Of a stretch of DNA of 32,000 nt, positions 9,964 through 18,401 are shown one piece after another. Source of the stretch: Aliivibrio fischeri ES114 (GTDB lineage: Bacteria > Pseudomonadota > Gammaproteobacteria > Enterobacterales > Vibrionaceae). The position numbers and the translations under genes are program-made. Where the stretch lies: NCBI RefSeq assembly GCF_000011805.1, contig NC_006840.2; one strand, given 5' to 3'. The stretch's first letter is position 1. Each line of letters starts with the position of its first letter. The notes under the pieces are model-generated. The model was given only the letters and a program-made list of their open reading frames with translations, searched no databases and was not told the origin of the DNA.

Positions 9964-11493
9964 TCAGCCTCGAATGGTAACTTGATTACGCCCCATCGTT
10001 TTACTTTGATATAACGCTTGATCAGCAGCCTTCAACAACTCTTCAAGTGTTTCTCCTTGCCAAAGGACAGCACCAAGACTGATTGTTTGAGCAATTTCGA
10101 AATCATTAAACACCGTTGGGGATGTAGCGACGAGATCATGAATTTGTTCTGAAATTAACGTTAATTCATCAATATTGTTCAGTTTCAACACAATAGAGAA
10201 TTCATCTCCTCCAAGACGTGAAACGTGGACATTATTTCCTAATGTTTCAGACATTAGGTGCCCAATATGTCGCAATACTTCATCCCCTTCGGGATGGCCA
10301 TATGTATCGTTGATTTGTTTAAACTTATCGATATCAAAACACAATAAAGCAAACGGCTTTTCAGCTTCTATGTAACGAGTAATAACATCTCGTATAGCAC
10401 GTCTGTTTAATAATCCTGTAAGATCATCATGCATTGCCATGTAACGTAATTCTTTGGTTCTAATTTCGAGTAAATTTTCAATTCGTTGTTTATCTCGAGT
10501 AACAACTGAAGTGAGTGCCGCAATAAGCATTGAAATGGTTAAGATACCGAAAAACAACCAAATCAACGTAAGTCTTTGATATTCATTTAATTTATTATCA
10601 GACTTATATTCTATTTTCCAAAGGCGATTTTCGATTTTTACGCTAGTAGTGTAATCCACTCCTTTGAAATTATTCCACGTACTGCTTTGATACATAATAG
10701 GATCATCACCAGCATCAAATCCCGTATCAATAATGCGTACAACCAACTCTTCACCTAATGAGGTGGAATTAACTAAACGGTCAAAATAACTGGTAATTCT
10801 TACGACACCAACCATTACCCCTTTTAACGCTGTTTTATCTGAAGTAAATACAGGATGATAAACTAGCATGCCTGTTTTTTGTGCGCTTTGATCAAGGCTA
10901 TCTTGCAATAAACGAATTTTATCTGAAACACTCGGGCGGCCCGTAGTTAAAAACTCTTCAACTACGAGGTTAAAACGCTCTCTTGATGAATAAAATCCAA
11001 TTAAAGGCGTGTTCTTCTCATCTCTTGGATAAATATCGGTTGCGATATAAATAGGCTCATGATTTTTCATCACATAACCATAGGTTTTAGGTTGGTCTTT
11101 TGGAACCGTATATAATTTAGCTAAAGGGTAGTTTTTATGTATTTGTTGAAAATGTTCATCAATGTCTTTTTCTTCAACTTTCTCCATCCATTGAAGTGAA
11201 ATAAGACTATTAGAACGATGCAATAATGAATCCGCAAACAAAGGAAACTGAGACCAATCCTTTTTACTGCCAACTTGATAGAAGTTTGCCCCTGCACCTA
11301 TAAAATCAATATCTTTCTCTATTAACATTGAAAGCAGTGCTGACTGTCTATCTGCTTCTTTATAGAAATTCTTTTGATTATTATCCAAATCGGATAGATA
11401 AACGAACCTCATACTTAATAGACCTAGAGATAGAGCTAACAAAAAACTGGTCATTACATAAAAGTAATTACTCTTAAACACTCTGCTCTCCAA
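9964..11493 (-). CDS. CHASE-domain membrane diguanylate cyclase (GGDEF)
   Basis: 509 aa; N-terminal TM, CHASE-like sensor, second TM (LTLIWLFFGILTISMLIAALT), GGDEF motif in HVSRLGGDEFSIV. Confidence 0.88.
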   Translation of the reverse strand: MESRVFKSNYFYVMTSFLLALSLGLLSMRFVYLSDLDNNQKNFYKEADRQSALLSMLIEKDIDFIGAGANFYQVGSKKDWSQFPLFADSLLHRSNSLISLQWMEKVEEKDIDEHFQQIHKNYPLAKLYTVPKDQPKTYGYVMKNHEPIYIATDIYPRDEKNTPLIGFYSSRERFNLVVEEFLTTGRPSVSDKIRLLQDSLDQSAQKTGMLVYHPVFTSDKTALKGVMVGVVRITSYFDRLVNSTSLGEELVVRIIDTGFDAGDDPIMYQSSTWNNFKGVDYTTSVKIENRLWKIEYKSDNKLNEYQRLTLIWLFFGILTISMLIAALTSVVTRDKQRIENLLEIRTKELRYMAMHDDLTGLLNRRAIRDVITRYIEAEKPFALLCFDIDKFKQINDTYGHPEGDEVLRHIGHLMSETLGNNVHVSRLGGDEFSIVLKLNNIDELTLISEQIHDLVATSPTVFNDFEIAQTISLGAVLWQGETLEELLKAADQALYQSKTMGRNQVTIRG

Positions 11494-11650
11494 CGGTTGA
11501 TAACCCTTTAATTCTAATAAAATTTTGAAATTTTCGAAACCAAAAGCCTATATTTAATTTTTATTACTCAGATTTGATTCATTCTGTTCAAAATTACATC
11601 ATTCAGCATATATAAGTCGCTTTGATTGCCCTTCTTTTTATCTCTTATCC

Positions 11651-11678
11651 CTTGAATATGCTACTATTAGCCACAATT
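11651..11678 (+). promoter_or_regulatory. Candidate promoter of the DUF2760-Hsp70 operon: sigma32-like elements overlapping an extended -10 sigma70-like element
   Basis: CTTGAAT (11651-11657)-N13-CCACAATT (11671-11678) compared with CTTGAAA...CCCCATNT; TGcTACTAT (11659-11667) is an overlapping extended -10. Confidence 0.35.
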
Positions 11679-11727
11679 TAGTTAGAAACGTTTGGTGCTA
11701 AGCACCCTAGAATATAGAGAATGAATT

Positions 11728-12360
11728 ATGAATTTTGACTTGAATGCTATTCCTTCTACCTTTGATTTAGGACACATTGTCCTGTTCGGTACATCTGCTC
11801 TATTTGCATTATTGTACATAACGAAGAAAGGTAAAGCGGTAGAGATCGAAAAAACGGTTGAAGTCGAAAAAATCGTCGAAGTTGAGAAACCTGTAGAAAA
11901 AATCGTCGAAATCGAAAAAGTTGTTGAAGTTGAAAAGATCATTGAGAAAATCATCGAAGTTGAACCAAAAGTAAAAGCATCAACGCCTGAATCTGCTTTA
12001 CAACTATTAGCTTTATTACAAAAAGAAGCACGTTTTATTGACTTTATGCAAGAAGACCTAAAAGGCTTCGCAGATGCAGAAGTTGGCGCTGCAGCTCGTG
12101 TTATTCATGAAGGCGGTCAGAAAGTATTATCTGACTACTTTACTCTTACTCCAGTTCGTACAGAGGAAGAAGAGTCTCGTTTATCTATTCCTGCTGGTTT
12201 TAACCCATCGGAAATTCGTCTAACGGGTAATGTTGTTGGTGAAGCACCATTTAATGGCACATTAATTCACCGTGGTTGGAAAGTAGCAGAAGTGAAGCTA
12301 CCAAAGCTGGCTGAAGGTTATGACGCAACAATCGTTGCTCCAGCAGAGGTTGAACTGTAA
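11728..12360 (+). CDS. DUF2760 domain-containing protein with N-terminal TM anchor and E/K/V-rich repeat stalk
   Basis: 210 aa; GHIVLFGTSALFALLYITKK hydrophobic segment, VEVEKIVEVEKPVEKIVEIEKVVEVEKIIEKIIEVE repeat, then domain ALQLLALLQKEARFIDFMQEDLKGFADAEVGAAARVIHEG...; TAA overlaps ATG of the next gene. Confidence 0.85.
   Translation: MNFDLNAIPSTFDLGHIVLFGTSALFALLYITKKGKAVEIEKTVEVEKIVEVEKPVEKIVEIEKVVEVEKIIEKIIEVEPKVKASTPESALQLLALLQKEARFIDFMQEDLKGFADAEVGAAARVIHEGGQKVLSDYFTLTPVRTEEEESRLSIPAGFNPSEIRLTGNVVGEAPFNGTLIHRGWKVAEVKLPKLAEGYDATIVAPAEVEL
11836..11964 (+). repeat. Coding degenerate repeat for (V/I)E(V/I)EK-x-(V/I) units
   Basis: Recurring gttgaagt(c/t)gaaaa...atcgtcgaa units in frame within the DUF2760 gene. 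Confidence 0.8.
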
Positions 12361-14180
12361 TGGAACAAGCTAAATACAGCATTGGTATCGATTTAGGTAC
12401 AACTCACTGTGTACTTTCATACGTTGATTTACATGATGAAGACGCAAGCGTTCAAGTAATGCCAATCCCTCAACTCACCGCTCCAGGTCAAGTTGAAGAG
12501 AAATCGCAGCTGCCTTCTTTCATGTATCAAGCACATGAAGCTGAACTATTAGAAGGTGATACAAGCCTTCCTTGGACAACCAAGCCAAACGCAATTGTTG
12601 GTAGTATTGCCCGCAACCTTGGTAGTAAAACGCCAATTCGTTTGATTGCAAGTGCGAAAAGCTGGTTATGTCACGGTGGCGTAAACCGTCGTGAAGCATT
12701 CTTACCACTAAACAGCCCAGAAGAAGTGATCAAAGCATCGCCTCTTGAAGTAACAAAACGTTATTTAGAGCATTTACAAAACGCTTGGGATCACCAAAAT
12801 CCAGAGCACCCTCTAAATGAACAAGACATTACAATTACGGTACCTGCATCATTTGACCCTGCTGCTCGTGATTTAACAGCAGAAGCGGCAAATAATCTTG
12901 GTTTCCGTAACTTAACGCTTTTAGAAGAACCACAAGCAGCAGTATACAGCTGGATCAAAAATAACGATGATTCATGGCGTGACCAAGTATCGGTTGGTGA
13001 TGTTATTTTAGTTGTTGATATTGGTGGTGGTACAACGGATTTATCATTAGTTGCTGTTACTGAAGAAGAAGGTAATTTAAGCCTAAACCGTGTTGCGGTA
13101 GGCGACCATATTCTTCTTGGTGGTGACAACATGGATTTAGCCCTAGCTTATCGCTTAAAAATGAAGCTAGCGCAAGAAGGTAAGCAGTTACAACCTTGGC
13201 AAATTCAAGTGATGACACACGCTTGTCGTGATGCAAAAGAAGCACTATTAAATGACTCAGAATTACGAGCAGTACCGATTGTGGTTCCTAGCCGTGGTTC
13301 TAAATTGTTAGGTGGCACGCTACAAACGGAATTAACTCAAGAAGAAGTACAACAAACATTAGTTGAAGGCTTCTTCCCTGTAGTTCCTGTGACTGAGCAC
13401 CCAGTTCAATCTGCACGTGGTGCATTAACTCAAATGGGTCTTCCTTATGCACAAGATGCAGCGGTAACTCGTCACCTTGCTAGCTTCTTAACTCGTCAAC
13501 AAGCAGCAACTGATGAAGTATTTGGTCAGCAAAACGAATCTGATTTTATTAAACCAACAGCCATTCTTTTAAATGGTGGTGTTCTAAAATCAAACCTACT
13601 TGCAGAACGTCTACTTGGTATTATTAATCAGTGGTTAATCGATGGCGAAGCGGAAGATGCAAAACTTCTTGAAGGTCTTGACCTTGATTTAGCTGTTGCG
13701 GCTGGTGCTTCTTACTACGGCTCTGTTCGTACCGGTAAAGGTGTTCGTATCCGTGGTGGTATTGCATCAAGCTACTATGTTGGTATCGAAAGCTCTATGC
13801 CTGCGATTCCTGGAATGGAACCACCAATGGAAGCATTATGTGTTGCTCCATTTGGTATGGAAGAAGGCTCGCACGCCGATGTACCTAGCCAACAATTTGG
13901 TTTGGTGATTGGCCAACCGGTGCAATTTAAGTTCTATGGTTCAACGACTCGTCGTGATGACCAAGCCGGTACACATTTGGATTTCTGGATGCCTGAAGAG
14001 CTAGAAGAATTACCTACAATTCAAGTAACTCTACCTGTAACGGAAGGACGTACCGCAGGTGAAGTGGTTCCTGTTCGTTTAGCGTCTAAAGTAACAGAGC
14101 TTGGTACTCTATATCTTGAAGCGATTGCTGCAGATAGTGGTGAGAAATGGCACGTTGAGTTTGATGTTCGTGAAGCGTAA
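12360..14180 (+). CDS. Hsp70-family (DnaK-like) ATPase, divergent, lacking an obvious lid
   Basis: 606 aa; phosphate motif GIDLGTTHCVLSY, VVDIGGGTTDLSLV, adenosine motif AILLNGGVLKSNLLAERL; ends soon after the beta-rich region (HVEFDVREA). Confidence 0.92.
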   Translation: MEQAKYSIGIDLGTTHCVLSYVDLHDEDASVQVMPIPQLTAPGQVEEKSQLPSFMYQAHEAELLEGDTSLPWTTKPNAIVGSIARNLGSKTPIRLIASAKSWLCHGGVNRREAFLPLNSPEEVIKASPLEVTKRYLEHLQNAWDHQNPEHPLNEQDITITVPASFDPAARDLTAEAANNLGFRNLTLLEEPQAAVYSWIKNNDDSWRDQVSVGDVILVVDIGGGTTDLSLVAVTEEEGNLSLNRVAVGDHILLGGDNMDLALAYRLKMKLAQEGKQLQPWQIQVMTHACRDAKEALLNDSELRAVPIVVPSRGSKLLGGTLQTELTQEEVQQTLVEGFFPVVPVTEHPVQSARGALTQMGLPYAQDAAVTRHLASFLTRQQAATDEVFGQQNESDFIKPTAILLNGGVLKSNLLAERLLGIINQWLIDGEAEDAKLLEGLDLDLAVAAGASYYGSVRTGKGVRIRGGIASSYYVGIESSMPAIPGMEPPMEALCVAPFGMEEGSHADVPSQQFGLVIGQPVQFKFYGSTTRRDDQAGTHLDFWMPEELEELPTIQVTLPVTEGRTAGEVVPVRLASKVTELGTLYLEAIAADSGEKWHVEFDVREA

Positions 14181-14214
14181 TTTGGATATTATTCTTCGCT
14201 AGTTACGTATCTTA

Positions 14215-14250
14215 AGAGTTCAGTCACCGTTATGGAGTCTGAACTCTTTT
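14215..14250 (+). terminator. Stem-loop / possible weak terminator or attenuator between the two Hsp70 genes
   Basis: agagttcag-(15 nt)-ctgaactcttttact: perfect 9-bp stem followed by a short T tract. Confidence 0.5.
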
Positions 14251-14262
14251 ACTATATATCCT

Positions 14263-14291
14263 TTGTATTTTTGCTGTTGCCTTCTTATACC
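14263..14291 (+). promoter_or_regulatory. Candidate internal sigma70 promoter for the second Hsp70 gene
   Basis: TTGTAT (14263-14268)-N17-TATACC (14286-14291), after the stem-loop. Confidence 0.3.
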
Positions 14292-14368
14292 AATGTAACT
14301 AATTAGATGTTCATTATTAATATTGATATTACTAACAGCTACAAGACTAACATTACGTCGGGGTTTTT

Positions 14369-17185
14369 ATGAGTTCTTCTAATCGCTATTTAATTGGTAT
14401 CGATCTTGGTACTACTCACACCGTTGTTGCTTATACTGATATTTCTCTTGGTATTGAAACTAGCCCAATTGAAATCTTCAATATCGACCAATTAATTGGA
14501 CCGGGTGAAGTGGCTCGTAAACCCCTACTTCCATCATTTCGTTACCATGCATCACAAAGTCAAATCACTGAAAATGATCTGACACTGCCTTGGAATGTAA
14601 AAGCAATTGAAGGTGAGATAAAGAACGCCATTATTGGTGAGTGGGCTCGTGAATTAGGGTCAAAAGTAGAAGGTCGCCAAGTCGTAAGTGCTAAGAGTTG
14701 GTTATCTCATACTAAAGTTGATCGCACCTCCAATATTCTTCCTTGGGCTGGCGCTGATGATGTCGAAAAAGTCTCACCTATTGTTGCCAGTGCTAGTTAT
14801 TTAAACCATGTACGCCAATCGTGGAATTACCACCACCCAGATGCCCCAATGGAGCTTCAGGAAGTGGTTGTTACCGTACCGGCATCTTTTGATGAAAGTG
14901 CACGCTCATTTACGATTGAGGCTGCAAAACTGGCAGGCCTTGATAAAATCATCCTATTAGAAGAGCCACAAGCGGTGTGTTACGACTGGTATCATCATCA
15001 TCAAGATACGGCAAAAGAGATTTTAAAAACCATCCCACTAATGGTGGTATGCGATGTTGGCGGTGGTACAACCGATTTAAGCTTAATTCAAGCGCGTTTT
15101 AATAAAGACGAATTAGCACTTGATCGCATTGGCGTGGGCGATCACTTAATGCTAGGTGGCGATAACATTGATTTAGCGCTAGCACATTTAGCTGAACAGC
15201 GCTTAGATAGCGGTAAAAAAATGACGGCAGCCGCGTTAACCAAGCTTATTCAACAAACACGTAAAACAAAAGAGCGTTTGTTATCTGCTAATGCTCCCGA
15301 ATCAGGCCACATTACCCTACTTGGATCTGGTTCTAAATTATTAGGTGGCAGTCGTAAAGTCGAGTTGACCAAAGAAGAAGTTCATCAAATTGCACTGGAT
15401 GGATTCTTACCACTGACTGACTTTAATGACCGTCCAAATCAACGTCAAACTGCTGTTGTTGAATTTGGCTTACCTTACGCTTCAGATCCTGCTATCAGTA
15501 AACACTTAGCTCAGTTCTTAGATAATCATAAAGAAGTATCAGCAAAAGCATTAGGTTGGGATGATGCTGAATTGGCTAATCACGAGGACCGTGCAATACC
15601 TGTAGGTTTGCTGCTTAATGGCGGTGTTTTTAATAGCCCATTATTGGCTGAACGTTCTCTTCAACTACTTAACAACTGGAAAGGTGACACTGTCACTCAA
15701 CTATCAAACCCTCATCCAGATCTAGCGGTTGCTTATGGCGCAGTTGCTTATGGCAAGGCACGTCATGGTGCACAATTAAAGATCGGTGGAGGCTCCGCTC
15801 GTTCATTCTATTTACAGCTAGAAGAGAAAAACAAACAACCTCAAGGTCTGTGTTTATTGGCTAAAGGCAGTGAGGAAGGTGAAGAGATCCGCATGACGAG
15901 TCGTCGTTTCTCGTTAACCTTGGGAGAACCTGTTCGTTTTAATCTACTTTCTACAACAAAAGATCAACTTGCAACCTCGGGTATGATCACTGAATTAGCT
16001 GATTCTAGCTTTGTTAGCCTACCTCCTTATGTGGTAACACTAGAATCTAGTAAATCAAAAGATGAACTGCATGCAAACCAAAAAGATCGCGTTGAAGTAA
16101 CCTTAGCTTGCCAATTTACAGAAGTCGGCACCATTAAAATTGAATGTGTTTCTGTTGAGGACGATTCACAGCGTTGGTTGGTTGAATTTGAAGTACGTAA
16201 TCAGGCGTCTAATAAAAGCGCTAACCTTGCGGATCAAGTTAGCCTTCCCCCTCGCCTACCTAATGCTATAGCAAGCATTAAAGAGGCTTATGGTGGCAGC
16301 AAACAAAATCCAAATGCCATCAAAGCTTTTAATAAAAATATTGAAAAGCTAATTGGTAAGCGTGAATCATGGGATCTTATTACGTCTCGTGAACTTGCAA
16401 CAGCATTACTTGATAGTAAAAAACGTCGTCGTCGCTCTGACAAACACGAACAAAATTGGTTAAAAATGACGGGGTTCGCTTTACGCCCCGGTTTTGGCTA
16501 CCCTGCTGATGAATGGAAGATATCTCAAGCATGGGAAACCTATCAACAAGGTATTCAATTTGAATCGAAACAATCTTGGAACGATTGGTGGACATTCTGG
16601 CGTCGGATCTCTGGTGGTTTAAATCAAGAGCAACAAGAAACCATTTTAGCTGATATGGCGAAATACCTGCATCCTGGTTCTTTACGTAACCCAAAAACAT
16701 TAGAAGAAGCCAGTAACAAAAGTTATGAAGCTATGGTACGACTTGCCGCAGCACTCGAACATTTGGACGTAGAAGATAAAATGCTGATTGCATCTTGGGT
16801 ATTAGGTCATGCTAAAAATGGAAATCAACCGCAAGTACATTGGTGGGCATTAGGCCGAATTTGTTCACGTTCACCATTCTATGGAAGCCAGCATAATTTA
16901 GTTCCACCAAGCCAAATATCTCAATGGCTACCAACATTATTAGAGCAAGATTGGAAAGAACAGCCCATGGCTGGTTTTGCCGCAGTAATGATGGCTCGCT
17001 TAACCGGTGATAGAACCCTTGATGTTTCAGATGAATATCGAGAAAAAATCATCGAAAAATTGAAAAAAGATCGCTGCCCACAAAGCTGGATTGAATTAGT
17101 ATCAAGCCAACAAGCATTAACAGAAGCAGACTCTAAACGCTTATTTGGTGACGCATTACCCGCAGGCTTACGTTTAATTAATTAG
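14369..17185 (+). CDS. Hsp70-family protein with C-terminal DUF3731-like extension
   Basis: 938 aa; GIDLGTTHTVVAY, VVCDVGGGTTDLSLIQ, PVGLLLNGGVFNSPLLAERS; residues from about 630 onward form a helical W-rich extension unlike the DnaK lid. Confidence 0.9.
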   Translation: MSSSNRYLIGIDLGTTHTVVAYTDISLGIETSPIEIFNIDQLIGPGEVARKPLLPSFRYHASQSQITENDLTLPWNVKAIEGEIKNAIIGEWARELGSKVEGRQVVSAKSWLSHTKVDRTSNILPWAGADDVEKVSPIVASASYLNHVRQSWNYHHPDAPMELQEVVVTVPASFDESARSFTIEAAKLAGLDKIILLEEPQAVCYDWYHHHQDTAKEILKTIPLMVVCDVGGGTTDLSLIQARFNKDELALDRIGVGDHLMLGGDNIDLALAHLAEQRLDSGKKMTAAALTKLIQQTRKTKERLLSANAPESGHITLLGSGSKLLGGSRKVELTKEEVHQIALDGFLPLTDFNDRPNQRQTAVVEFGLPYASDPAISKHLAQFLDNHKEVSAKALGWDDAELANHEDRAIPVGLLLNGGVFNSPLLAERSLQLLNNWKGDTVTQLSNPHPDLAVAYGAVAYGKARHGAQLKIGGGSARSFYLQLEEKNKQPQGLCLLAKGSEEGEEIRMTSRRFSLTLGEPVRFNLLSTTKDQLATSGMITELADSSFVSLPPYVVTLESSKSKDELHANQKDRVEVTLACQFTEVGTIKIECVSVEDDSQRWLVEFEVRNQASNKSANLADQVSLPPRLPNAIASIKEAYGGSKQNPNAIKAFNKNIEKLIGKRESWDLITSRELATALLDSKKRRRRSDKHEQNWLKMTGFALRPGFGYPADEWKISQAWETYQQGIQFESKQSWNDWWTFWRRISGGLNQEQQETILADMAKYLHPGSLRNPKTLEEASNKSYEAMVRLAAALEHLDVEDKMLIASWVLGHAKNGNQPQVHWWALGRICSRSPFYGSQHNLVPPSQISQWLPTLLEQDWKEQPMAGFAAVMMARLTGDRTLDVSDEYREKIIEKLKKDRCPQSWIELVSSQQALTEADSKRLFGDALPAGLRLIN

Positions 17186-17345
17186 ACAGATTCTCATTAA
17201 TGCTTTAATTAGTTATATGAGAAATGAATATCTCTGATGAAAAATTGCGCACCTCTGTCAAAGGTGTGCAAACAACATCTTATTCGTCTTCTAATTGTAT
17301 TTGATTCAAGTATACTGAAATCATCACATTTTAAAGGTAACTTTT

Positions 17346-17648
17346 ATGATTGAAAGCGCCACGTTGGCGATCATAGTGTTACTTTATTTTGTTGGTTGGT
17401 CCCGTTTCGGTACTCGAGAATTACGCAATGCAGCTAAGAGGATGAGTGATATCGCCTCTGTTCCACAAGAGCTGATTATTGAATGGATTATGTATAATAA
17501 ACAGATATTGGATATCAATGAGTTTCAACGTTTTATCATCCATTTAAATAAAGCCGACACCGAAAACTTAAAGCATGAACTAGATAGCTTTTCTCATTAT
17601 CTTGAAATTCACGCTCCCGAACACATAATTTCAATTAATCGGGTATGA
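17346..17648 (+). CDS. Small membrane-anchored protein of unknown function
   Basis: 100 aa; N-terminal hydrophobic helix ATLAIIVLLYFVGW then charged region; RBS AAAGGTAA; followed by an intrinsic terminator. Confidence 0.65.
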   Translation: MIESATLAIIVLLYFVGWSRFGTRELRNAAKRMSDIASVPQELIIEWIMYNKQILDINEFQRFIIHLNKADTENLKHELDSFSHYLEIHAPEHIISINRV

Positions 17649-17656
17649 CATATAAA

Positions 17657-17690
17657 AAAGCTCATTGCTTTCACAATGAGCTTTTCTTTT
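17657..17690. terminator. Bidirectional intrinsic terminator
   Basis: aaaagctcattg-ctttca-caatgagcttttcttt. Confidence 0.8.
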
Positions 17691-17711
17691 ACATAAAATG
17701 GCGAATCTAGC

Positions 17712-18185
17712 CTAACTTCTTGTTCCTAATTTCACTTTACCTTTAGAGTTAAACCATAAGACTTGTGATTTCTTCTTACCAATTAATAATGGTAAATCAT
17801 CATAAAATAAGAAGTTCTTCCATGTTTTCTTAAACGTTCCCCATGAAGTTTCAATTAAGTTATATTTCTCATAACAAAAATAAACGGTTACTTCATCAGA
17901 CCAATCGATAAATTCCAACACTTCTTCAGGTAATGATTCATTATCGCTGTCCCAACGATGTTGCCAATCAATTTCATTTGTCCACGAACTTTTCTTCATT
18001 GGCCACTCTTTCGAGCCAAAATGATCCGCGGTTGGGCTATTGCTGCTGATAAAGTCATTCCAAACTTGAGCTGATTTTGCTTGAGTGAATGGTTTTATTA
18101 ATGGTAGCAAGGCATCATCAACCGGCATTGATTGATGAGTAAAAATCCACTTGCGATTGTATTCATCTAAAGGTAAATAGCTCAT
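17712..18185 (-). CDS. DUF2947-family protein
   Basis: 157 aa; MSYLPLDEYNRKWIFTHQSMP..., W-rich, resembles Vibrio DUF2947 proteins as recalled. Confidence 0.7.
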   Translation of the reverse strand: MSYLPLDEYNRKWIFTHQSMPVDDALLPLIKPFTQAKSAQVWNDFISSNSPTADHFGSKEWPMKKSSWTNEIDWQHRWDSDNESLPEEVLEFIDWSDEVTVYFCYEKYNLIETSWGTFKKTWKNFLFYDDLPLLIGKKKSQVLWFNSKGKVKLGTRS

Positions 18186-18401
18186 AAACTCTTTCTATAG
18201 TAAGGCATGTAGCTCTATTCTATCGTCTTTTTTTATTAAGCCCAAATAAGAATATCTAACAATAGCTTGATTTTTATCATCCTCCCCCTCATAACAGTAG
18301 TATTGAATAGTCAAAATTATTCAAAACCATAAATATAACGAAAGATTACACATGCCTTCTTGCTTCCATTTATGTGTAATCGCCATTACAAGGATTATTA
18401 A

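Noticed and set aside
11682-11954. 90-aa minus-strand ORF (MIFSMIFSTSTTFSISTIF...)
   Set aside because: Antisense shadow of the E/K/V repeat in the DUF2760 gene; low-complexity FST repeats, not an independent protein.
11836-11964. Microsatellite or phase-variation tract
   Set aside because: Units are degenerate rather than identical and stay in frame, so rapid slippage is not clearly supported; kept only as a protein repeat.
12520-13245. Three minus-strand ORFs of 62-113 aa
   Set aside because: They lie inside a strong Hsp70 coding frame, with no RBS or recognisable domains.
18186-18401. Possible CRISPR array next to the CARF-nuclease gene
   Set aside because: No regularly spaced direct repeats in this or neighbouring intergenic regions.
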